DNA of 63,882 nucleotides, counting the filler, from Licmophora abbreviata (taxonomy: Eukaryota): the NCBI GenBank assembly GCA_900291995.1. It is 12 parts of 12 records of this genome, joined end to end, with 100 filler letters (N's around TTAATTAATTAA, not from the genome) between each part and the next. Parts side by side here need not be neighbours in the genome. Positions count along the whole stretch, not along the records: positions 55,301 to 58,055 come from OLMU01000018.1; positions 58,156 to 59,636 come from OLMU01000019.1; positions 59,737 to 60,789 come from OLMU01000022.1; positions 60,890 to 62,176 come from OLMU01000023.1; positions 62,277 to 63,882 come from OLMU01000026.1; 7 more parts are not named here. One strand, written 5' to 3'. Shown in pieces: positions 55,401-63,882 of this stretch. A program made the translations under genes and the position numbers. The notes below the pieces were generated by a model. The model searched no databases, was not told the DNA's origin, and saw nothing but the letters and a program-made list of their open reading frames with translations. The stretch's first letter is position 1; every line of letters begins with the position of its first letter.

Positions 55401-57474
55401 ATGTTTTCCTTCCGCGAAGAACAAGAATACGAAGGATCCATCCGAGATCTGGCGCATGCCCGGTCGATTGAGCATATCGACGGCCGCGGAACGACGATTG
55501 TGTCTTCGCCCGTGTCTTCGCCTGGTTCGGCAACGTCGTCCCCAGGACGGACTCGTCGGTTTCTGAGAGGATCTCCATCACTGGTCGCGTCCATCTCACT
55601 GGAACCTGAACAGAAAGGGGAAGCGAGAAATGAGGCAGTAGAGGAGACGAAAGAGGAAGAGAATTCACCGCCAGTACGTGGGATTGTAAGCTTCCGCGAA
55701 GAAGATTTACTCCCGTATCGACAGCGTATGGACGATATGAACTCCCCGCACCACTTACCTCGTATTCCATCGGAAGATTTCGACGTTGATGTACAGAAAT
55801 CTGGACAGGTAGAGGAAGGTAGCGACGGGCTGAGTTTGATGGAAGAAGACCGCGACGCAGAGTCCCCGCCGAGGGGGCTCTGCAGATGGTGGAAATTTCC
55901 AGTTTTGAATGGGATAGCAGACTGCCTACCCAGCTGCATGACGGATCCTATCCGAAACCCTCCTGGATGGTCCCGCACGGCTGCGTTTGTAGTGCGCTAT
56001 TCGCCCTGCTATTGGTGCAACCGTCTTGACGCAAGTGCTACCGACAGAAACATTCTGATGCGCCTCAACTTGATTTGCGCCATCTTTGCGACGGGTCAGA
56101 TGGCTACTGCGCTATTTCTCTTCCTCGTGCTGTGGTGGGATAGAATTGCAGACCGAAACGTACCGATCGATGATGGAATCGTGCGGGACGAGGAGGATTC
56201 AGTGTTCCCAAACTTGTGGAACTTGAATGGAAACGTGATTGTGAACGGGATGTTTGCCTGCTTCGTCTTCGTCATTATGTTTCTGACGAGACCCGTGGTC
56301 AGGCACGTCAATCTTGTCGGGGCGCTTCGATACATGTGGGCTCTCTTATGGATCGTTCCTATTCAACTGGTTCTAACGATTGGTCTCTTTGGTAAGACTG
56401 TTAGGGTCATTTCTGTCCGTATACCTTGCTTCTCCGCTTACCCGTCGCCCGCCTCGCCTTCAGACGTCCACGGTGTCACCCAAGTGTGGGTACTGCACTT
56501 TTGGTCAACTCCAAGTATGGCGTGGTTCCGCGAGCAGTTCTGTCGGCCATCCTTTACGGCCAATTCGCTGTGCATCGTACCCCAGGACGGTGGTGAACTA
56601 TTTGACCGTGAAGAGGAATGGTGCCAAGAATTCTTTGATCAAAGTACATGTGAAGAGGTCCGCGATGATGCACAATGGAGAACGGAACGCTTTTTGACTG
56701 CGTTTTACTTACTATGTGCCATCTGGGGGCTAGTCTATGTCTTCTATGTAAGAAATACGTGCTCCAGTGCTGCCAGCTGGTCATGTACGCTCTCACGCGT
56801 CCTCCTCACTTCTATCCTTTCAGCTCGTGCTCACCGTGAAAGTTCTGGAAGGAATTATCTCCAAGCCGATTGTGCAGGCTTCGAGAGAGTCGAACGTACC
56901 AGCATGGCTTACTCTCCCAATTATTGGGTGTCTTGGGGCTGGCATTCTCATGGCCTTCTCTCCAAACTCTGTCTTTAGCACGGAGACTGGTTCGCGGGCA
57001 CGCTGGATCGCCATCGTCTATATCGTGGTCGGTGTGCTGTTTGCCATTGCTGCTGCGCTAGGATGGTTCATGTCCGTGTATGCGATACTCAACAACAGGG
57101 ACAAGAGAAATAAAAGCTTTGCGGCGTTGCTCTTTATCTTTGTGATGGTTACAATTGTCATTGCCGTGTCGGTCCTGTTTGTCGTGTCGATTCTTTTCTC
57201 CGTCAGTCTGGCGGAAATCCCACTTTCGGACGCTGATCGAGGCAAAACGGCATGCGTGATAGACAGTGGTAACAGTTGCACGCAATGCGGTAACGACGAG
57301 GGATTGCGAGAATGTCCCGAGTGGTCTTCCGACGACGTTGTCGCCGTACAACGGACGTCGCTGAAACTGAGTGTGACGAGTTCGGCCATTTTCTGGGTCT
57401 ATGCGGTCAGCGCATTGCGATTCGGAATCATGCTACGCAAGCACATAATGATGTATCAAATAGCATACATTTAA
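55401..57474 (+). CDS. Hypothetical ~8-TM membrane protein with two Cys-rich loops (introns 56392-56463, 56748-56823)
   Basis: GTAAG...CAG introns join ORFs 55401-56978 and 56767-57474. The frame is also open upstream to the gap. Confidence 0.75.
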
Positions 57475-57601
57475 TTTTAATCAAGGTAACACGACGCGAT
57501 AGGGACATTCGATGTCCAGCTCTGTCGACATACCGGTATGGATTTTATCCAAGTATACTTAGTCCTTCGTCAGTCTGCACCTAGCGCCGCGCGCCGTTCT
57601 T

Positions 57602-58775
57602 CTATGACAGTCTCGCCACAAGCGGACTAGATTGTTGTGCGTCCACAGCAGGCTCAGATGGCATGGATGTCGCCCAGGCTTGCGTCCGCTGTGACACCAT
57701 CACTGCTGCTTGCGGCTTCTCTGCCTGCGACACGGATCGCGGCTCCTCCTGGTCGTGGCTCCCCATCACAGATCGGTTCGTCGTCGACTCCCCATACATG
57801 ACAGCACTTTTGCTGCAGCTGATGGCTTCCGTAATGGTGGGCAGCGACACACGACTTCCTCGCGCACGCCTGACATGCGCCACAAACTCGGTCCGTGGCA
57901 CCGGGAGGGCCCCCATTTCTCGTTTGTACTCCATGTCCATGCCTAGGTCCCACAGTGTGAATCCGTGCTGCTGCAACAAGTGCCCTAGCGCAGCCATCTG
58001 TACACTCCCAGCGCTATTCATGACACTGAATCCCGTCAGGGAGGTGTAAATACTGNNNNNNNNNNNNNNNNNNNNNNNNNNNNNNNNNNNNNNNNNNNNT
58101 TAATTAATTAANNNNNNNNNNNNNNNNNNNNNNNNNNNNNNNNNNNNNNNNNNNNAATTCTCCGGCGACCAGTGTGCTCGACTCCATGCCAAACACTTCG
58201 ATTGAGTAAAGCCTCACAGGGACCGCCGACAAGGTCTTGTCACTGTTGGATTGCAAAACCACGCCGGCTGTCATGGGAGTATTGTATACTGTCTGATCAT
58301 GTATTCGTCGAAAGGACGAGGTCAATTGTGGATACAACCAGCAGTGGTCATGCTGGTCACGACAGCCTCGCACTACGTCGTCAAAGCACTGATTGACGGA
58401 TATCCGGAATTTCTTGAGTTTTTTCCGCGTAGACTTGCGAACATGCAGTGAGCTCATAGTGCTACTATCGTCGTCGTCGCTATGCTGTCGTAACCTTATG
58501 ACGCATCGGTCTTGGTGCAGTTTGGGGAGCAAATAGCCGCGCGTGGCCATGGGCAAGAAGCCTTCGGCCATGAGCTGCACCAACAGTTTCGGATGATAAT
58601 AGGGGGAATAGCAAAAGTCTCCGTGGTAAGGAAATATGACCTTGCGTAGATAAGGAGGGATGTAATCGGTAATCGACTCGGGCGGATCTTCCAATGATGA
58701 AGCGGACGAATGAGACAAGGAGCCACGACGGCGACCAGTCTTGCGTCTTGGTGTAGAGGCTGCCGAGCGACCCAT
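57602..58775 (-). CDS. Leucyl/phenylalanyl-tRNA-protein transferase-like (aat/ATEL1-type), split by gap 58056-58155
   Basis: EGFLPMA, LLPKLH..RCVI, LHV.KS, F..VV.GC..QH..CWL, YSIEV...LVAGE | YTSLTGF...SAGSVQ, WDLGM.MEYK..MGA...PR.EF. Confidence 0.85.
58056..58155. other. Artificial scaffold spacer
   Basis: 100-nt N/TTAATTAATTAA linker. Confidence 0.97.
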
Positions 58776-59226
58776 GTTACAGATTAGCACTCTTTTCTCG
58801 TTTTTCAAATAATTTCTTTCTTTCCACGGTACTGGACTGTCAAATACTCTTTCTAAGTCACACTAAGGACTAGGATTGATGCTCAGGCATGCCAAAAGGA
58901 CGACACAGCGAAGCATTCACCGCGTCCGCTGTGGGTAAATCGTGAAATGCTCGTCGTCGTTGCTGTCGACCGCGCGCGCTTTCGCTGTGTTCTCCGACCA
59001 ACTTCTCACTGTCGCATGCGACATGATCTTCAGCAAGTGGCATTGGCGTACGAAGGCCAGCCCTCCACGTGGGTCGATTTCCCGCCAAACTCAGAACTTC
59101 AACGTCATCGGATCTCGATTTCGTCGGGTTGTCGTGTGGATGTTGTTCTTTTCCATCAGTCACCCTCACTCTGCAATCACTTGATCGTCGGTGTCTGTCT
59201 ACAACAGTGAGATTGACCTGCTGACC

Positions 59227-59636
59227 ATGAAGCTCTCCCTCTCTTTGCTTCTGCTTCTAGCGTGCAGCACGGAATTCTCGACAGCGTTCACTTCGGTGAA
59301 CCCAACGACGACTACTAGCCATCACATCAGAACCTCCATTAGTAGTACATTATCCACACTGCACGCCACCGGAAAACCAATTTCCGGCTCCAAAGGCACA
59401 GGCGAAGGCTGGATTGAAAATCCCTCATCGCCCGTCAATAGCGCCGAGTCCTTAAAGCTGACCTTGTCCAAAAGCTTGGAAGGTAGCGGCTTTCAGAAGC
59501 GTCTGTCGCTATTGGGCTCTACCGGCTCCATTGGCACACAGACTCTGGAAATTGTCGATGCGTGCCCCGAGAATTTCGTCGTCGACGCCTTGTCGGCCGG
59601 AACGAATGCCAAACTCATGACCGAGCAAGTTTTAAA
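59227..59636 (+). CDS. DXR: 1-deoxy-D-xylulose 5-phosphate reductoisomerase, plastid precursor, 5' part (truncated by gap)
   Basis: Signal peptide with STA-FTS motif; [20 protein letters not shown]...F.V.ALSAG.N. Confidence 0.92.
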
Positions 59637-59736
59637 NNNNNNNNNNNNNNNNNNNNNNNNNNNNNNNNNNNNNNNNNNNNTTAATTAATTAANNNNNNNN
59701 NNNNNNNNNNNNNNNNNNNNNNNNNNNNNNNNNNNN
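59637..59736. other. Artificial scaffold spacer (real gap must exceed ~1 kb)
   Basis: Two convergent genes are both truncated here, including most of DXR. Confidence 0.95.
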
Positions 59737-60179
59737 TAGCGACTCTTCTCACGCGTACGACGCTTCTGACGACTCGTCTCCGTCTGGCGATGGTACTGCT
59801 CGCGGCGCTTCTGGTTGTAGACTTGGCGCTGTTCCGCCGTCATGCCAGCGTAACGCTGTCGGTCCTTGAGGCGACGAGCGGCAAGAAGAGCTTCGTGGGA
59901 GGTCTTGGGCTTCTTGTCTTCCTTGGGGGCGGCGTCAGTCTTGCGCTTGCGACCCTTCTTGGTGGCGGCCTCTTCCTCTGGTTCCCCGTCAGGCTTGGCG
60001 GCATTCAAGGCGGCATCAATGCCGGCATCCACGACATCGACCGTGCCGACTGCGGCGGCAGCAGCTGCTGCAACAGCTGCAGCATCGGAGATGAGCACGG
60101 CTGTGGCGGGATCCTCTGCTTCTGGCTGGGGTTCTTCCTCTTGCTTTTTCAGGGCTGTCTTTTTCCCTTTGCGTGCCAT
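59737..60179 (-). CDS. Hypothetical basic nuclear protein with Arg-rich helical repeats (STPR-like), 5' part
   Basis: MARKGKK...; ARRLKDRQRYAGMTAEQRQVYNQKRREQYHRQTETSRQKRRTRE. Confidence 0.65.
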
Positions 60180-60789
60180 GATTACGGTGATGCTGGTGAT
60201 GGATCGTCCGTCTGTTGTCGTTGCTTCGTTTTGGTCTGTCGTCTTGCTGTCAACAAACACGAACGATGGTGAGATGTGACAAAGGCAAGGACCGTCGTCT
60301 GTCTTGGTTGTGGCGAGTCGCAACAAAAGAGTGCGTGCTTCGCCAGAATTCTGGATTCAACGCACGTAGAAATCAATACAGTTTGTACACAAAGATCGCT
60401 CAAGTTTTCAATCGGCAGACGGAAGAACTTCAGTTTTGAATCTTCGTAGACTCTACGTAGATTTGGTACGAGGCTGATATGCTGGAATTTGATTGGTGGA
60501 GATGAAGTCGTGATGTGAAACGCTGCGCACGAGGGGTTCCGGATGACGGGCTGACACGACGGGCGTTACAATTCCCGACGCGAGCAAATGATGATGCTTT
60601 GCCCGTGTGCCCGTGACGATCGGAGGCAACATGTGATGGAGCTTTTGCCAACTTCAAACTCCGTATTGACAGATGGCGCAGACCATCTCCTCATCGGCCT
60701 CGTTTACCATCATGAACGGAGCGACACTTCGGTGGACGCAGCTTCCAAAACTCCTGATCCTATTAGGCTGGGGTACGCTGGTGCTGAAT

Positions 60790-60889
60790 NNNNNNNNNNN
60801 NNNNNNNNNNNNNNNNNNNNNNNNNNNNNNNNNTTAATTAATTAANNNNNNNNNNNNNNNNNNNNNNNNNNNNNNNNNNNNNNNNNNNN
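60790..60889. other. Artificial scaffold spacer
   Basis: 100-nt N/TTAATTAATTAA linker. Confidence 0.97.
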
Positions 60890-60890
60890 T

Positions 60891-61841
60891 TCCGTCAACA
60901 CGGGAGTTATCGAAAACGGATTGAAGTTTCGACATTGGGATCAGGGATCGCCGCGTTCGCGCAACAGAACGATACAGGCCTTGCACTGGCTTCGAGACAA
61001 CCATATGCGAGCACGAGGTCATGCCTTAGTCTGGACGGCCTTTAGGTACCAGTCGGACCGCGTGAAGAAGCTCGGAACCAATGCGACAGCTCTTCGAGCG
61101 GCCATCTACGATCACATTCGAGAGATCTGCTCAGCTACTAAAGGTCTTGTCCAAGATTGGGACGTATTGAACGAACGAGCGTATAATGATGAGTTTACTG
61201 ATTTGGTCGGGGACGAAGAGATGGTGCGGTGGTTCGAGCTTACAAAATCGATCGATCCCGATGCTGACCTGTACTTCAATGACCACGCCAATTTGTACCG
61301 TGGTGGCTTCTACACGGATCCCAAAAAGAGATTTGAGCAACACATCCGGTATCTGCTTGATCGCCAAGCCCCCCTCGATGGTCTGGGCATTCAAGGCCAC
61401 TTTATCTCTGCTCCCACCCCGCCTCAGCGCATACTGAACGAGCTCGATATACTGAGTGCGTTCGGACTTCAGATTCTTATCACGGAGTTTGATACCAGTA
61501 TCGTGGATGAGGCACTGGCTGCCGATTTCACACGCGACGTTTTGACAGTTTGCTTTAGTCACCCTGCTGTCAAGGGTATTATCACCTGGGGTTTCTGGTC
61601 TAAGGCTCACTGCGATCCCCGTCGTGCGCTGTACGACGAGAACTGGGATCTGACAAATCGGGGGAAGGCTTGGATGGACATCGTTAATACGTGGACGACC
61701 AATGAGACTTTAGTTACCGATGAACGGGGCCAGATACGTCTTCGTGGGTTTCTTGGCAAGTACACAGTATCGTCTGGTGATGCAACTCAAGTTTTTGATC
61801 ACCAAGAAGGGGGCAGTGCAATCTCTCTAAAATTTCCGTAA
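60891..61841 (+). CDS. Glycoside hydrolase family 10 (endo-1,4-beta-xylanase-like), 3' part
   Basis: ENGLKF..W, RGHALVW, WDVLNE (acid/base), LYFND, GLGIQGH, ITEFD (nucleophile), FSHPAV.GI..WGFW, RGF.G.Y.V. Confidence 0.92.
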   Translation, partial: SVNTGVIENGLKFRHWDQGSPRSRNRTIQALHWLRDNHMRARGHALVWTAFRYQSDRVKKLGTNATALRAAIYDHIREICSATKGLVQDWDVLNERAYNDEFTDLVGDEEMVRWFELTKSIDPDADLYFNDHANLYRGGFYTDPKKRFEQHIRYLLDRQAPLDGLGIQGHFISAPTPPQRILNELDILSAFGLQILITEFDTSIVDEALAADFTRDVLTVCFSHPAVKGIITWGFWSKAHCDPRRALYDENWDLTNRGKAWMDIVNTWTTNETLVTDERGQIRLRGFLGKYTVSSGDATQVFDHQEGGSAISLKFP

Positions 61842-62176
61842 GAATTTTGCCTCAGCACTTAGCTTGGAGCCTCCGCAGTTCCAAAAGCAGAATTACTTTT
61901 ATCGGTTGTCAGAACTGCTGTCCGCGTCGCTAGAGCTCTCCGCTGGATCACCTCGTCTCAACTGTCTTCGCACAAGTCGTATTCAATCATAAACTTCACA
62001 ATCATTACGCTTCTATCAAGGAAATTGCCGACGCCTTTTCATCTCGTAACTGAGCATCGCTCGCTTCTCTCTTTGATGCAACATGTCCAAATACCGACAC
62101 AGCTTGACCTTATTGTCCGTCGGTACTTTCACAATTTCCGGTGGCTTGTTAGGATTCGCGACGGAGATCTTGAAGA

Positions 62177-62276
62177 NNNNNNNNNNNNNNNNNNNNNNNN
62201 NNNNNNNNNNNNNNNNNNNNTTAATTAATTAANNNNNNNNNNNNNNNNNNNNNNNNNNNNNNNNNNNNNNNNNNNN
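62177..62276. other. Artificial scaffold spacer
   Basis: 100-nt N/TTAATTAATTAA linker. Confidence 0.97.
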
Positions 62277-62314
62277 TCTAGTTTCCTTAGCTGAAAACAT
62301 GTGTAATGCTACAA

Positions 62315-63835
62315 CTAACTACTGCTGTATATTGTAGAGAACAGCTTGTAAGTATCCCTGTTGCTCATCGCAGCATACCCCGATTGTCCGTTCGAGTTGC
62401 AGTGCCCCATGAAGGTTTCACGTTTGTACGTTCCGTTCCGCATTCGCACTTGTAGCGCAGTCGCTTCCTTCGCCTCGGCCAGTGCCAAAAACTTATCTTC
62501 TAAATCAGTTCGATATTCATGCCATATTCGTAACAACTTCATGCAATGTGTGAAGTTGCTGTGGCGCGCATCGATCCCTTGCCAAATCTTGTCGCCCTCT
62601 TCAAGAAATTCACCAATGCAGTTCCAGGGCTTGCGGCAGGTTGTATAGTGAATGTTATGTACCAGTTCTAGGTCCGTGTGTTCACAATTTTCACAGTTCA
62701 TGCTTCCGTCAGAGCGGCACTTCCCCACCCATTCGGGGTGGTCTTCAGGAAAGAAATTCGGAGGACCGCGGTAGGTATTGGCCCCTCCCATATAATTATA
62801 CCGACAGCTGTGCAGTTCGACACTGACTCCAGGACGAATCTGATCATAGTAGTACGCAATCAATCCCTGCATAGCCATGTCACCAACCAGGTTGTTGTAT
62901 CCCTTACCACCCCACCCAGTTTCTTCACGAAAGTCGCCTTCAAGAATTACAGATTTGATTTCCTCAAAGACTTCGAGGTCGGGCCGCACGACCATCAGGC
63001 CAGCTTGAAACAATGGTGTCTGTCCTGGTTGCACGGGGTGATAGTCGCGCGTAAGAAATACTTCAATCTTGTCGGGGAATGTCGTGTTTGGGTACTGTGT
63101 AATGATGGATGCTCGTGCTTCCTCTCGCTTCACACCCCGCTGTAACATTCCGTCAATCAAGTCGTCCATGGGCTTGACAAACAAAAAATCGATATCCACG
63201 TGCACCACAACTGGATGTTGGACCAACGTGTATGCAAAGAGTTTAATGAATTCGTCACTGCCACAGCACCATGCTCGATGGATCGTCTTGCGTAGAAAGT
63301 CGCCCTGAATATTGGCAGGATCGACGGGCGGTTGGACAAGCATGACATTATAGCCGCTGTCTTCCAAGGCGTTGATGCATTGAAAGGCTTGGGGGTGGAC
63401 GAAGACATACATTTTGTAGTCATATTTACTCCCAGAGGAGGGGGTGCGGATACTATTGAGGTGTATCGAGTGCCGGAGTACCAACGCGCTGTCAATCATG
63501 CCTTGGGCAGTGCTTTGGGGGGTACCGCATTTGGTGAGCGACCAAGCGTACGCAATCGTCGTCGCTTCGTCATTTTGATCTTGGATATCTCCCTGTGAGG
63601 ATGGCTCTTGTCGAACATCATGGGCGTCATCATCAGCGGAAGTGCTCGGCTGCATATCATACAAGTGTGTCTTGAGAGAGGACGATGGGGCGCCCAGGTG
63701 AAAGACATGATAGAAAAGAGAAATATAGAGAAGGAGTACAAAGATCGCGGCAGCTTTCAAACAGGGCATACCTCCGGCTCTCATGACACGAGACAGTGTC
63801 GTCGGGCGTCGTTTCTGAGAACGCACCGAGACCAT
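62315..63835 (-). CDS. Type II membrane GT8-like glycosyltransferase (diatom-type)
   Basis: N-terminal TM; CCG..EFIKLFAYTL..HPVVVHVDID (DxD); QAGLMVVRP; QGL.AYYY; HYT.CRKPW. Confidence 0.85.
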   Translation of the reverse strand: MVSVRSQKRRPTTLSRVMRAGGMPCLKAAAIFVLLLYISLFYHVFHLGAPSSSLKTHLYDMQPSTSADDDAHDVRQEPSSQGDIQDQNDEATTIAYAWSLTKCGTPQSTAQGMIDSALVLRHSIHLNSIRTPSSGSKYDYKMYVFVHPQAFQCINALEDSGYNVMLVQPPVDPANIQGDFLRKTIHRAWCCGSDEFIKLFAYTLVQHPVVVHVDIDFLFVKPMDDLIDGMLQRGVKREEARASIITQYPNTTFPDKIEVFLTRDYHPVQPGQTPLFQAGLMVVRPDLEVFEEIKSVILEGDFREETGWGGKGYNNLVGDMAMQGLIAYYYDQIRPGVSVELHSCRYNYMGGANTYRGPPNFFPEDHPEWVGKCRSDGSMNCENCEHTDLELVHNIHYTTCRKPWNCIGEFLEEGDKIWQGIDARHSNFTHCMKLLRIWHEYRTDLEDKFLALAEAKEATALQVRMRNGTYKRETFMGHCNSNGQSGYAAMSNRDTYKLFSTIYSSS

Positions 63836-63882
63836 GGTCGAGTAGATGGGGACGATATCGAAGCTCGACTCGACTCGACTCT

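Noticed and set aside
5082..62232. Eleven identical TTAATTAATTAA palindromes that could be read as a dispersed repeat or CRISPR-like array
   Set aside because: Each is centred in N runs totalling 100 nt and gives stops in all six frames, so it is an assembly linker. ORFs ending in X...LIN are artefacts.
63865..63881. (TCGAC)n short repeat upstream of the GT8-like gene
   Set aside because: Only about three units at the window edge; cannot be interpreted.

Overview
Eukaryotic nuclear DNA, very probably from a diatom. The evidence is short GT-AG introns (~70-190 bp), ASAFAP-type bipartite plastid presequences, dense genes and several diatom-type hypothetical families. The window is a scaffold of 12 contigs joined by eleven identical artificial 100-nt spacers (44 N + TTAATTAATTAA + 44 N). 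At least two junctions are really overlaps, and a few single-base frameshifts look like sequencing errors. About 36 protein-coding genes can be supported. Housekeeping calls include TIM10, GPR107/108, a CPA2 antiporter, SEC22, an EHD-like ATPase, SLY1, PEX10, CWC27, PDAT, a mitochondrial carrier, DXR and CPPED1. The main unusual structure is an array of five divergent QSOX-type (thioredoxin + Erv/ALR) sulfhydryl oxidase paralogues in ~12 kb (24.7-36.9 kb). Also notable: an NB-ARC + TPR (NLR-like) gene; a PSRP6/cL38-like plastid ribosomal protein gene missed by the ORF track, head-to-head with a PSRP7-like S1 protein; two 2OG-oxygenase folds lacking their iron ligands, one fused to a GT-A domain; an F-box + Lon-N fusion; a plastid-targeted carbamoyltransferase; a bacterial-type GH10; and a TACCGGTA palindrome recurring just after stop codons. 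No rRNA, tRNA, CRISPR or intact mobile element was recognised. All family calls come from motif recognition by eye, not database searches.
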